Source: Candidatus Nomurabacteria bacterium
GTDB taxonomy: Bacteria; Patescibacteriota; Minisyncoccia; Phycocordibacterales; CALRBL01
Assembly: GCA_963834935.1 (NCBI GenBank)
Contig: CAWIDS010000001.1
Location: 139,524 to 203,523 of the forward strand
Direction of reading: 5' to 3'
Length of the DNA stretch: 64,000 nucleotides
The position numbers and the translations under genes are program-made. Numbering within the stretch: position 1 is the first letter of the stretch; each line of letters begins with the position of its first letter. Of this stretch, positions 28,815 through 39,909 are shown in pieces. The notes below the pieces were generated by a model that saw only the letters and a program-made list of their open reading frames with translations, did not search any database and was not told the origin of the DNA.

Positions 28815-29450
28815 TTATTTTACCTCAATGATGACTTCGCTCTCTGCGAATCGTGATTTCTTGTAGGCAGCAGTCGCGTCTGAAGGATCGCGGAAGCCGA
28901 CAGCAAGAAGCACTCGAGACTCAAGGTCCATGGCGCCCAAGCCAAGTATCTCGTCGAATTTTGCATTGTCGAATCCTTCCATCGGACATGCATCGATGCC
29001 TTCGCTAGCAGCGGCAGCGAGGCCGGTTCCGAGTGCGATATACACCTGGCGCGAAGACCATTCTTTTGTCTGCTCTGGCGTCCTTGATTGGATGCTTCCC
29101 TTCATCATGTCTCCGAAGCCTTTGAGCGATTCGACGGTTAAACCTCGGGTATCAGCGACAGACTTTACGTATTTGTCCACAAAAGAGGCATCGACGTTCT
29201 TCTGGACAGCGAGGACAATAAGATGCGAAGCGTCAGTGATCTGAGCCTGGTCCCATGCCGCGGCGCGGAGCTGTGCCCTGACTTCAGGATTAGTGACTAC
29301 TATGAATTTCCATGGCTGAAGTCCGTAAGACGAAGCAGAAAGCCTCATAGCTTCAGTAATAGTGTGAATCTGCTCGTTAGTGAGCTTCTTTTCCTTGTCG
29401 AATCCTTTAGTCGCGTAACGCCAATTCAATGCTTCAATGATATTTTTCAT
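28815..29450 (-). CDS. NAD(P)H nitroreductase family protein
   Basis: 211 aa with the nitroreductase fold motifs (RYATKGFD, GLQPWKFIVV, IALGTGLAAAASEGIDACPMEGFD). Confidence 0.8.
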   Translation of the reverse strand: MKNIIEALNWRYATKGFDKEKKLTNEQIHTITEAMRLSASSYGLQPWKFIVVTNPEVRAQLRAAAWDQAQITDASHLIVLAVQKNVDASFVDKYVKSVADTRGLTVESLKGFGDMMKGSIQSRTPEQTKEWSSRQVYIALGTGLAAAASEGIDACPMEGFDNAKFDEILGLGAMDLESRVLLAVGFRDPSDATAAYKKSRFAESEVIIEVK

Positions 29451-29534
29451 ATATTGTTTTATGTATTTAATGATAATATTATGCTTGTATAATATCCATT
29501 ATAGCCCTATACTTTACTTTGTAAAGCAAAGCCT

Positions 29535-29864
29535 ATGAGACAAAACCAAAAAAAAGCCTGCCACGGATGCCCTCTCGCCAAAACGGCTGCTTTGGTGGGA
29601 GATTTGTGGACCCTATTAATCATTCGCGATCTTCTGGGAGGGCATAAGAGATACCGCGAACTTCTGGAATCGCTAGAAGGAATAAGCACACGGACGCTCT
29701 CGAAGCGGCTGAAAGAGCTCGAAGATGAAGATCTCATCACAAGGAAGACATTCGGCGAATACCCTCCCCGCGTCGAATATTCGATTACTACCAAAGGCAA
29801 GAAGCTCGGCCTTGTCACGGGCGCAATGAAAAAATATGGCGAAAAATACCTTTATGCGTCTTAA
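29535..29864 (+). CDS. hxlR: HxlR-family winged-helix transcriptional regulator
   Basis: CHGCPLAKTAALVGDLWTLLIIRDL is the HxlR hallmark. It diverges from the nitroreductase gene. A small inverted repeat TTTAC-N3-GTAAA lies at 29510-29522. Confidence 0.8.
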   Translation: MRQNQKKACHGCPLAKTAALVGDLWTLLIIRDLLGGHKRYRELLESLEGISTRTLSKRLKELEDEDLITRKTFGEYPPRVEYSITTKGKKLGLVTGAMKKYGEKYLYAS

Positions 29865-30321
29865 AATAATATTATTCATCAGTATTCCCGCCTTTTTTGC
29901 TATGTCGATCCTAGGCAATCACGGGCCGACGCTGATGGCTAACGGAAAGTGTTTCCGCTTTTTCGGATGCAATAGCGGCTTCTTCGGCTATGATGCGGCA
30001 GTCCATTTCGTAAGCGGCATTGCGGTAGCAAGCCTGATCATCTGGCTGATGAGAAAATTCCCCGCTATCAGCCCTTTCCGCAAGAGCGTGTCCAAAAATA
30101 TCCTGATAGTGGTGACGCTTGCGCTGCTCGTCGCTTTCGCATGGGAACTCGGAGAGCTCTGCCATGACCAGTTCCGCATGAAAGTCCTACGCGAAAACCT
30201 GACGATACCTAACACCCTCGACCAGCCCACCAACGATGATACGATGGGAGACATCACTTTCTCCGTCTTAGGCGCGTTGCTTGCGACAACCGCTCTCAGA
30301 AGCTATTTATACTTTATATAG
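29836..30321 (+). CDS. Hypothetical polytopic membrane protein
   Basis: 161 aa, about 4 TM. The start may be the MRLKIILF Met at 29854. Confidence 0.45.
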   Translation: MAKNTFMRLKIILFISIPAFFAMSILGNHGPTLMANGKCFRFFGCNSGFFGYDAAVHFVSGIAVASLIIWLMRKFPAISPFRKSVSKNILIVVTLALLVAFAWELGELCHDQFRMKVLRENLTIPNTLDQPTNDDTMGDITFSVLGALLATTALRSYLYFI

Positions 30322-30911
30322 AAGAAAAACATCGAGCTCACTATCGCTGCAAAGAAGCACCAGACCGAAATGAAGGCGACGACGAAGAAAAGCCAGGAGA
30401 TGATGGCAAAAAATATGATTACCACTCCGTACCATTTGAAGATATGATGGCTCGAAGTGAGAAGCGGCCCGAAGATAGCCAGCATGTACAAAACATTCAC
30501 CCAGCCGCCGAACGGAAAGTCAAAGCTATAGGTGATGCAGGATGGAAAGCGATGAATGGAAAGCGATTGTGTCGGTATGAGCCAGATGAAATAGAAAGCG
30601 ACGATCGCGCCTATGGCGAGAAAGATCGAGGTTATCTTCCTTTTGTCCTTATCAAGGATATAAACGGCTGAAGGGACATAGAGCGGCCAAAGGACGAAAG
30701 CGAAGAACAGGAATCCGTAGCCGGCAAAAAGCGACGACGATCCTGATCCGAGATACAGCCACTGTATTCCCTCAAAAAATTGCTGGATTGCAAAGAGGAA
30801 TGGAATGGCAGCCAGGATCTTGTCTTCCTTCTTTGCGGCGACTAAAGAAGCCCCGCCAAGGATTGCGAGTCCTCCACTAGCTATGAAACTAGCTGGAGCT
30901 GAGAAGCACAT
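30303..30911 (-). CDS. Hypothetical aromatic-rich polytopic membrane protein
   Basis: 202 aa, 6-7 TM. No family recognised. Confidence 0.45.
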   Translation of the reverse strand: MCFSAPASFIASGGLAILGGASLVAAKKEDKILAAIPFLFAIQQFFEGIQWLYLGSGSSSLFAGYGFLFFAFVLWPLYVPSAVYILDKDKRKITSIFLAIGAIVAFYFIWLIPTQSLSIHRFPSCITYSFDFPFGGWVNVLYMLAIFGPLLTSSHHIFKWYGVVIIFFAIISWLFFVVAFISVWCFFAAIVSSMFFFYIKYK

Positions 30912-31030
30912 ACGCGGATTAGTGGATGAAGTGGGAACTGCGATACGACGTCATAATGGTTATATTTATATACCGGATTTGCGTATTTTCCATATCAAAA
31001 TAATATCACAGTTCCGCATTCCACCACCCT

Positions 31031-31064
31031 ACAGAAAAGCACCCATATGAAGATGGGTGCTTTT
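31031..31064 (-). terminator. Terminator hairpin downstream of tRNA-Asp
   Basis: gcaccca-N8-tgggtgc is flanked by a U-tract on the minus strand. It also reads as a hairpin on the plus strand. Confidence 0.6.
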
Positions 31065-31072
31065 CGTTTGCG

Positions 31073-31144
31073 CGGCTGATGGGTGCTGACCCCACGACCT
31101 CTCCCGTGACAGGGGAGTGCTCTACCGTTGAGCTACAGCCGCAT
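31073..31144 (-). tRNA. tRNA-Asp (anticodon GUC), no encoded CCA, atypical T-loop
   Basis: Minus-strand reading: GCGGCTG-TA-GCTC-AACGGTA-GAGC-A-CTCCC-CTGTCAC-GGGAG-AGGTC-GTGGG-GTCAGCA-CCCAT-CAGCCGC-G. The cloverleaf and discriminator G fit tRNA-Asp. The T-loop reads GUCAGCA, not UUCRAAU. Confidence 0.7.
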
Positions 31145-31199
31145 ACGCATACGAGATGCGTAGAAAGAAATGTAACAAATTTAAGCCTAATCGGCAAAC

Positions 31200-32612
31200 C
31201 TACAAGGTCTCGACCATCATGAGATTCGACTCCTTCACCCTGCCGAATGGCACGCCTGAGATGACCACTGCCTTATCCCCCCTCTTTGCGAACTTCTGCT
31301 TGATGAGAAGAGGCTTGATATGCTTAAGCGCTTCGTCGAGCGACTTGAAGGTGTCGATTAGCATCGGATAGCAGCCGAAGACGAGGTTGAGCTTGTTGAG
31401 GGTATCCTTGTTCGGAGTAAGGGCGATAATGGGAGTCTGGCTTCGATGCCTTGAGACCATACGCGCTCCATAGCCTCTTTCAGTAAGGGCGACGATGCAG
31501 GCAGCCTCAATGCGATAAGCGGTCTTTACTACTGACGAAGCCACTGATTCGCCAACAGTCCGATGCTGCATCGAATCGCCGCCGAGAAGCTGGCGATGAA
31601 GAAGATCGTTCTCGACCTTCAAGGCAACCCGGCTCATTACTTCTACCGCTTCAATAGGAAATTCGCCGAGAGTGGTCTCTTCCGAAAGCATGATGGCATC
31701 TGTTCCGTCGAGGATAGCATTAGCGATATCCGAAACTTCGGCGCGGGTAGGTACAGGAGACTTGATCATCGATTCAAGCATTTGGGTAGCGGTAATGACG
31801 GGCTTACCTGCCTCGTTGCATTTCTTGATAATCATCTTCTGGATGAGAGGGACGTTCTCAGCGGGTACTTCGATGGCAAGGTCTCCTCGAGCGACCATGA
31901 TTGCGTCAGAAAGGGCGATAATCTCGTCGATAGCTGCTACAGCTTGAGGAGTTTCGATCTTGGCGATAATGCCCGCCTTGGACTTTCGTTTTTCAAGAAT
32001 GGTGCGAAGCTCAGTGATATCAGATGGCCGTCGCACGAATGAAAGGGCGATGAAATCCACTTTGTTCTTGAGGCCGAATTCAAGGTCAGAGACGTCCTTA
32101 GGCGTGAGCGAACTTATCGAAAGCTCCGAATCAGGAAGATTGAGGCCACGCTTGCCTTTGATGTCGCCACCGACAAGCACTTTGCAGACGATGTCATTTC
32201 CTTTCACTTCGAGCACTTCGAGCTTCTTTCGTCCGTCATGAAGGAAAATAATATGGCCTTTGGCTACTTCTTTGGGAAGCTTCGGGTAATTGACCGATAC
32301 GCGAGTCTCGTCCCCTTCTATCTTGTCTGTAGTGAGAGTGAATTTGTGTCCAACCTTGAGCATAATGCTCTCGGTCTTGAACATGCCGATACGGATCTTG
32401 GGGCCACCAAGGTCTTGAAGGATGGCTGCGGGCATGCCGGTCTTTTTCATGGCAGAACGGAGGTTATCTACCCGTTCCTGATGCTCAGCAAAATCTCCGT
32501 GAGAGAAATTGAGGCGCATGACGTTCATTCCTGACTTGAGGAGGGCTGTTAAGCTTTTCTCGTTTGCGGTTGCGGGGCCGATGGTACAGACAATTTTTGT
32601 TTTTTTATTCAT
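31200..32612 (-). CDS. pyk: Pyruvate kinase
   Basis: MNKKTKIVCTIGPATANEKSLTALLKSGMNVMRLNFSHG is the classic PK N-terminus, about 470 aa. I set the start at MNKKTK, not the track's 32645. Confidence 0.9.
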   Translation of the reverse strand: MNKKTKIVCTIGPATANEKSLTALLKSGMNVMRLNFSHGDFAEHQERVDNLRSAMKKTGMPAAILQDLGGPKIRIGMFKTESIMLKVGHKFTLTTDKIEGDETRVSVNYPKLPKEVAKGHIIFLHDGRKKLEVLEVKGNDIVCKVLVGGDIKGKRGLNLPDSELSISSLTPKDVSDLEFGLKNKVDFIALSFVRRPSDITELRTILEKRKSKAGIIAKIETPQAVAAIDEIIALSDAIMVARGDLAIEVPAENVPLIQKMIIKKCNEAGKPVITATQMLESMIKSPVPTRAEVSDIANAILDGTDAIMLSEETTLGEFPIEAVEVMSRVALKVENDLLHRQLLGGDSMQHRTVGESVASSVVKTAYRIEAACIVALTERGYGARMVSRHRSQTPIIALTPNKDTLNKLNLVFGCYPMLIDTFKSLDEALKHIKPLLIKQKFAKRGDKAVVISGVPFGRVKESNLMMVETL

Positions 32613-32645
32613 AGAGAGCCACTCTATCACAATTTCCGCTTTCAA

Positions 32646-33194
32646 TCAAAAGCCGCTGAAGAGTCCCACAATACTCATGAATACCCATATCACGAAAAAG
32701 AGAAAGATGACGTTCCCTACTGGGATCTGCTGGTTCTTTCCACGAAGGAGCTTGTGATTTTCTCGCTCTAGGGAAACAAGCACCACGACGAAAGAAGAGA
32801 AAGCGATGATAGCAATCGACGTTATGGATTTGGTGACAACCGTTCCGGCAATGACTTCCCAGATAGAAAGGAGGCCGAGGAGAGCGAGCACGACAACTGA
32901 CACGATGACCAAGACAAGAGTGACATGCCTGATGACTGTAAAGCCTGAAGATTGAGATATCTCTACAACTGCGGAACCTGTGCCCATTTCGGCCGGCGCT
33001 TCCTTTTTCGAATCAATGAACCTATCTGCAAGAAGGACGATTGCCGACACGACCGCAAGCAATGCGATCGATTGGAAAGATTTGGAAATCACATCCTTGG
33101 TGAATACTTCCCACACCCCTAAGATCGATATTATGCTAAGAAATGCCACCGACAGGATAAATACGTAAGCGACGATATCCGCTATTTTTTTCAT
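32646..33194 (-). CDS. Hypothetical membrane protein made of two tandem homologous halves
   Basis: 182 aa. Residues 1-60 and 85-150 share a pattern (IVAYVFILSVAFLSIISILGVWEVFTKDVISKSFQSIALLAVVSAIVLL versus VTLVLVIVSVVVLALLGLLSIWEVIAGTVVTKSITSIAIIAFSSFVVVL). Confidence 0.5.
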   Translation of the reverse strand: MKKIADIVAYVFILSVAFLSIISILGVWEVFTKDVISKSFQSIALLAVVSAIVLLADRFIDSKKEAPAEMGTGSAVVEISQSSGFTVIRHVTLVLVIVSVVVLALLGLLSIWEVIAGTVVTKSITSIAIIAFSSFVVVLVSLERENHKLLRGKNQQIPVGNVIFLFFVIWVFMSIVGLFSGF

Positions 33195-33264
33195 ATTAAG
33201 TCAATTATTTATAACCGTGCTAATGCAGATATTGTAGCATATCCAGCCTTTTCCCTTTCCGTTG

Positions 33265-33337
33265 TGCGAGTAGTAGGATTCGAACCTACGACCCCATCAG
33301 TATCAGTGATGTGCTCTACCAACTGAGCTATACTCGC
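33265..33337 (-). tRNA. tRNA-Ile (anticodon GAU)
   Basis: Minus-strand reading: GCGAGTA-TA-GCTC-AGTTGGTA-GAGC-A-CATCA-CTGATAC-TGATG-GGGTC-GTAGG-TTCGAAT-CCTAC-TACTCGC-A. It lies about 740 nt downstream of the 16S 3' end. Confidence 0.85.
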
Positions 33338-33452
33338 ATATTATTCTATTCTCTGCGTCAAAACACCATATCAAAAAAACGATAAATAGGAAAGCGCCTG
33401 CGGGGATGGACCCGGAGGCGCTTTAGTTTTCAGCGGGGATGAACTTCCCTTA

Positions 33453-33677
33453 TCAACGGGAAGGAAAAGCATCCCTTTCGGCAAGCTGTCGATCAGCTTC
33501 CGCTTGCCTGGCAGCGATAATCCGGTAGTTACCGTCATCTTCGCGGTTAGAGGCGGCGATGAGTTCTTTGCCTACCCACTTAAGGCCAATGAAGGCATAG
33601 TGAGGGGCAAATGGCAGTATCGGACTCAGACATACCAGACATACTGCGGTGATAAAAAGGAGATTGATTTTTTTCAT
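33453..33677 (-). CDS. Small secreted hypothetical protein (74 aa)
   Basis: It has the signal peptide MKKINLLFITAVCLVCLSPILPFA. It lies between the 16S terminator and tRNA-Ile, and its start overlaps (ATGA) a 21-35-aa hydrophobic micro-ORF. Confidence 0.4.
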   Translation of the reverse strand: MKKINLLFITAVCLVCLSPILPFAPHYAFIGLKWVGKELIAASNREDDGNYRIIAARQAEADRQLAERDAFPSR

Positions 33678-33887
33678 CCCTTCACCATCCTTTCAAGGAT
33701 GACCGCACCGATTACCAGAAGAATGAAACCGGCGTTCATCCAGTACACCTCCTTCTCGGCTTCTGTTTTCATTTTTTTCATTTTTTTCTTTTTGTTCAAA
33801 GATCCTTGCCCCGCCAAGGACACGGTCCTTGAACGATTGTTTTGATTCTCCTATATTATATCACATAAGCACCTAAAGTCAAACAGC

Positions 33888-33916
33888 AAAAAACACCCGT
33901 TTCTAGGTGTTTTTTG
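33888..33916. terminator. Bidirectional rho-independent terminator downstream of the 16S rRNA
   Basis: aaaaa-acacc-cgtttcta-ggtgt-tttttgg is an A-tract/hairpin/T-tract usable on either strand. Confidence 0.6.
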
Positions 33917-34074
33917 GTTTATTCTCTATTTTGTTCCGTCCTAATTGTTATTTTTGGTCTTTCCCAATGTCCGCCGGTTTAAGGTTCCGACAAACCCTTC
34001 TGTGCTCAATTGAGGCACAGAAAATCGACTCCGTAAGCCTTACTGCTCCGAAGAGCAATGAGACGATTTTCAAA

Positions 34075-35660
<1,586 letters not shown>

Positions 35661-35845
35661 CTAATATAAAGTGCCGAAGCACTTTTTCAATTAGAACGGA
35701 ACAAAATAAAGAATAAATTTCATTTTGCCGTATTGGTTCTACTTTCTTGTCGTTTTGGACTTGCACGTATTTCGAATACGTTCAAGAATCATTCAATTGT
35801 CAAATAACGGCCTCTTTCAAAGAGGTTTACACAGTATAGTCATTT

Positions 35846-36535
35846 TTAGACGGTAGTCAAGGGCGGGTTTATAGAGGCAATTTCAGCTGGCTTGTGGGCC
35901 TTATCAAGTTTGTCATAGACATAAAGAAAGGCACAAAAGCTGATAGGAACAGTGACAAAAAGGCCGACAATGAAGCAAAGGAGGCCGACGAAATTGAAAG
36001 CGGCAATTATGAGGAACAAAAGAAGCAGCTTGAGCCTGTTGCCTCGGGTGAGGGTGGCACTTTCCTTAAAAGCTTCTATCGGGCCCAAATCCTTGTCGAT
36101 TATTAGGATCTTCACGAAACAATACATGAGGATGAAGAATATGCCCGGAATGATAAAAAGGATAAAGCCTACAATCAGGATGATTGCGAGCAAAAAAGAG
36201 CCTCCAATAAGATTGAGGAAGCAGGCAGGATAAGTGAAGAGATCGCTGACATCCGGATCCCCTCCGCGTATCATCAGGAGGCCTTGCTTGTAGACATTAA
36301 TGGAAAAGAATATATAAAAGACAACGAGAGCAAGGGTAATGACGGAGCAAATGAAGAAAAGAGTTGAGCTCGTCTGAGCATGACCGCCACGAGGATTCTC
36401 CAGTGAATTCACTATGCTCATGGCTATCTGGAATATGGCCGCATAAAGGATGACTAACGATACTTTGCCGATATGCTTCCTGCATGTCTCGTAACCGAAA
36501 ACAAAGGCTTCCTTGATTGAAAATGTATTACTCAT
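35846..36535 (-). CDS. Hypothetical polytopic membrane protein (229 aa)
   Basis: About 6 TM. No family recognised. Confidence 0.5.
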   Translation of the reverse strand: MSNTFSIKEAFVFGYETCRKHIGKVSLVILYAAIFQIAMSIVNSLENPRGGHAQTSSTLFFICSVITLALVVFYIFFSINVYKQGLLMIRGGDPDVSDLFTYPACFLNLIGGSFLLAIILIVGFILFIIPGIFFILMYCFVKILIIDKDLGPIEAFKESATLTRGNRLKLLLLFLIIAAFNFVGLLCFIVGLFVTVPISFCAFLYVYDKLDKAHKPAEIASINPPLTTV

Positions 36536-36560
36536 ATGCTGATATTATACCACAAGAAAA

Positions 36561-37460
36561 TTACTTTTTCCTATTCTGCCACTTCTCAAGTGTGACAAGA
36601 AGCGGCGAACCGAGAAAGACCGAAGAATAGGTTCCTGCGGTAATTCCGATGAGAAGAGCAAGGGCGAAATCACGAGTCGCTTCAGATCCGAATATGTAGA
36701 GCACCACCAAAGAAAGAAGTACCGTGAGCGAGGTGTTTATTGACCTGGTGAATGTTTCCTGGATACTCTCCCCTACGATAGTCTCGAAACTCTTCTTCTC
36801 GCTCGCTTTGCGGTTCTTGAGATTTTCGCGAACCCTGTCGAATACCACGATAGTATCATGAACGGAAAAGCCGAGGATCACCAGAAGCGCCGTTATGAAA
36901 AGGGTGTCGATCTCCAAGCCGGCGAAATGTCCAAGAATGGCGAATGCGCCGGTAGGTACGATGACGTCATGAACGAGGGCTACAATAGCCACCAATCCGT
37001 ATTTGAACGAAGAGACAGGCTCTGATACTTTTCTGAAAGCGAAAGTGATGAAAAGGACGATAGCGATGATGACGGCGATGATCGAATACATTGCTTTAGC
37101 CTGGAGCTCTTGTCCGAGGATGGGACCTACTGAATCGAATTCATTCACTACATAGCCCGAAGACGGTCCGAGGTTGTTCAAGAACGCTGTCCTGTCAGAA
37201 TCTGAAAGGCTTTTCGTCCTGATGATATAACCGTTGTTGCCAGTAGGGCGAATCGATACTTCACCGAGAGAAAGGCGTCCGATGGTATCCTGCATCTCAG
37301 AAAGGGTCGGGCGGCCGGCAGGATAGGAAATCTCGATGAGCGAGCCTCCCTTGAAGTCGATACCGAAATTAAGTCCCCAGAAACAGATGGAGAAAATGGA
37401 AATGATCACCAGGATGGCTGAGAAGGTGTAGAAGATTTTTCGATGGCGTACGATATTCAT
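36561..37460 (-). CDS. secF: Protein translocase subunit SecF
   Basis: 299 aa, GIDFKGGSLIEISY, downstream of secD. Confidence 0.88.
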   Translation of the reverse strand: MNIVRHRKIFYTFSAILVIISIFSICFWGLNFGIDFKGGSLIEISYPAGRPTLSEMQDTIGRLSLGEVSIRPTGNNGYIIRTKSLSDSDRTAFLNNLGPSSGYVVNEFDSVGPILGQELQAKAMYSIIAVIIAIVLFITFAFRKVSEPVSSFKYGLVAIVALVHDVIVPTGAFAILGHFAGLEIDTLFITALLVILGFSVHDTIVVFDRVRENLKNRKASEKKSFETIVGESIQETFTRSINTSLTVLLSLVVLYIFGSEATRDFALALLIGITAGTYSSVFLGSPLLVTLEKWQNRKK

Positions 37461-37465
37461 ATATT

Positions 37466-38761
37466 TTATTTATTTTTCCTTAAATGGAATCCGCTTCCGA
37501 AGAAGAATCTTATGGATTTCTTTTCATGGGCATTATGAGCCTTCGAAGCCACTGCAAAGAGGAATGTTCGCGAGACGGTGATGGCGGTGAACATCGATAC
37601 TAAGACTCCCATTCCGAAGACCAAGGCGAATCCCTTGATGAGTGCTGAGGTTGCGAACCAGAAAAGTATAACGGCAGTGATGATGCTCGAAAGGTTTCCG
37701 TCACGGATGGAGGACCATGCGCGGGTGAATCCTTCGCGGATAGCGTCTTGCAAAGGAAGTCCTTTATGAAGCTCTTCCTTCATGCGCTCGAATATCAGGA
37801 TATTGGCATCCACGGCCATTCCGATCGAGAGGATGAATCCGGCAAGGCCCGCTGAGGTGAGGGTTACAGGAATGAGCTTAAAAAGAGCAAGGTTGATCGA
37901 GACGTACAAAGCCAATGATACCGTAGCAATGAGTCCAGGCAATCGGTACCAAAGGATGAGGAAAAGGGCAGTAACAATAAAGCCGATGATTCCCGCTTCG
38001 ATGCTCTTGTGAAGGGCGTCAGATCCCAGGGATGCGCCAATAGTCTGGCTGCCGATAAGATTAATAGGGACAGGTAACGCGCCGTAGTTCAAATTGCGGA
38101 CGAGATCTCGCGCTTGGACTGCAGTGAAGCCTCCGGAAATCTGGGCTTTTCCGTCAGTGATCGCTTCTTGGATGACAGGGGTTGAAATAGGGCGTCCGTC
38201 GAGAAAGATAGCCATCACCTTGCCCACGTTCTGAGAGGTGATTTTGGCAAACAAATCCTTTCCTTCTGAGTTGAATTGGAGTGTGACCACCGGGCTTCCC
38301 GTCTGGCTATCGAAATCCAAAGTCGATTGCTGAAGAAGGCTGCCTGTAAGGCCGGTCGGCAAATAGACAGGAGTAGAAGTGCCTGAAGTAGTGGAAGCGA
38401 GGCGGAAATCAAGGACTGGAGTCTGGCCGATAATAGCCACCGCCTTGTTCACATCAGTAACGCCGGGAAGCTCCACGACCAGCTTCTCTACTTTCTGACC
38501 GCCGACATTTGCTTCTTCGACTTGGACGAGAGGCTCAGAAACGCCGAAGATATTGATGCGGTTCTCGATGACATCGCGAAGCGACTGCATCGAGCCTGCA
38601 ACATCGCCATCTCCTATCTTTGATACGTCAGCCTGATAGATAAGATGAGTTCCGCCGTTAAGGTCAAGGCCGAGCTTGAAGGGATAGCCCTTGAAGACGA
38701 AATAGCCGATAAGAAGTCCTACTAGAACCAGTACCACCGAGAAAATGCGGGCTTTTTTCAT
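37466..38761 (-). CDS. secD: Protein translocase subunit SecD
   Basis: 431 aa, LGLDLNGGTHLIYQAD, with a large periplasmic-type loop and a C-terminal TM bundle. Confidence 0.88.
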   Translation of the reverse strand: MKKARIFSVVLVLVGLLIGYFVFKGYPFKLGLDLNGGTHLIYQADVSKIGDGDVAGSMQSLRDVIENRINIFGVSEPLVQVEEANVGGQKVEKLVVELPGVTDVNKAVAIIGQTPVLDFRLASTTSGTSTPVYLPTGLTGSLLQQSTLDFDSQTGSPVVTLQFNSEGKDLFAKITSQNVGKVMAIFLDGRPISTPVIQEAITDGKAQISGGFTAVQARDLVRNLNYGALPVPINLIGSQTIGASLGSDALHKSIEAGIIGFIVTALFLILWYRLPGLIATVSLALYVSINLALFKLIPVTLTSAGLAGFILSIGMAVDANILIFERMKEELHKGLPLQDAIREGFTRAWSSIRDGNLSSIITAVILFWFATSALIKGFALVFGMGVLVSMFTAITVSRTFLFAVASKAHNAHEKKSIRFFFGSGFHLRKNK

Positions 38762-38818
38762 AAATTTGGAATGTAGCGAATATTATAGCTAGATTTGGAT
38801 AAATAGCAAAGTTTATTT

Positions 38819-39880
38819 TCAGACCGCTTTAATGTACTTTGCATACCTTCCTTCGTTCTTTATGAAAGCTTCTTTTGAAGGATAAAGGTAGGCATAGCCT
38901 GTATCGCGGGTCAGTTTCGAACCGTCGACTGCGATCGGATACGAATAGGACTTCCATCCGCCTTTTGATGTCGGAACTTTCCCCCGAGTGAGGTGCCAGA
39001 AACAGAAGAAGACGATGCGGATCATCCAAGGAGAGATCATTATCGGTTTTTTGCCGACCGCTTTTGCCATGTCTGGGCCTAGCACGGGTTCTCCTGGCGG
39101 ACAGATATTAAAAACCTCATACTCGCCTTTCACCGGAGTGAAAGCGAGAAGCTCGACGATATTGCAGACATCGTCTTCATGAATATATTGCCTGAGCCAT
39201 TTGGGAGTGATCGGCACATACGAAAGCATTGCAGAAATAACCTTGTGCAGGAATGTCTCTCGAAGCTGACCAGACAGAGCCGACTGCAATCCGAAACGGA
39301 TCCTCATATGGCGGCCGCGTGGGCCGGTCAGTGCGGCAGGACGGACAATGAAGACTTGCGGCTTATGGCCTGTCGGGTCGGTAGCTTCATATTTGGCCTT
39401 CAGATGTTCCTCGGCAAATCTCTTCTCTTCGGCATAGAGGTAATCCGATTTCCTGAACGGCTCTTTTTCAGTGAAGAAATGATCTATCGTATTTTCAGGA
39501 TAGGCGCCATAGGAAGATACAGTCGAAAAATAAATCAGCTTCTTGGTGCTCGGCATGGAGAAAGCCAGGTCAAAAACCTTATCGGAGCCGCCGATGTTCC
39601 ATTTCCACTGGACATCCTTCTTTCCATACATCTCGCGGATCTGCCATGCAGTATGGATGATGATGTCAGGACCAAAAGCCTTAACCTTTTCCTGCCAGCC
39701 TTCACTGCCGAGGTTATCGCGGATGAATGAGATCTTTTCCTTGTGCGGATTGGCATTCAAAAAATCAGCAAAAGGCTCCTTGTCAATAAGCATTATGCTT
39801 TCGACATCAGTCCGTGCAGCGAATTGGTCTGCGAGCATCGCTCCTACATATCCTGATCCTCCTGTAATGAATAATTTCAT
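38819..39880 (-). CDS. NAD-dependent epimerase/dehydratase family protein (SDR)
   Basis: MKLFITGGSGYVGAMLADQF is a Rossmann GxxGxxG start. 353 aa. Confidence 0.75.
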   Translation of the reverse strand: MKLFITGGSGYVGAMLADQFAARTDVESIMLIDKEPFADFLNANPHKEKISFIRDNLGSEGWQEKVKAFGPDIIIHTAWQIREMYGKKDVQWKWNIGGSDKVFDLAFSMPSTKKLIYFSTVSSYGAYPENTIDHFFTEKEPFRKSDYLYAEEKRFAEEHLKAKYEATDPTGHKPQVFIVRPAALTGPRGRHMRIRFGLQSALSGQLRETFLHKVISAMLSYVPITPKWLRQYIHEDDVCNIVELLAFTPVKGEYEVFNICPPGEPVLGPDMAKAVGKKPIMISPWMIRIVFFCFWHLTRGKVPTSKGGWKSYSYPIAVDGSKLTRDTGYAYLYPSKEAFIKNEGRYAKYIKAV

Positions 39881-39909
39881 GTAGATAAATAAATAGTAGC
39901 ACGAAAACG

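Noticed and set aside
33504-33845. 113-aa plus-strand ORF in the 16S-tRNA-Ile spacer.
   Set aside because: It is antisense to the small secreted ORF and the SD-led micro-ORF on the minus strand, which carry better signals (a signal peptide, GGAGG). No motifs are present.
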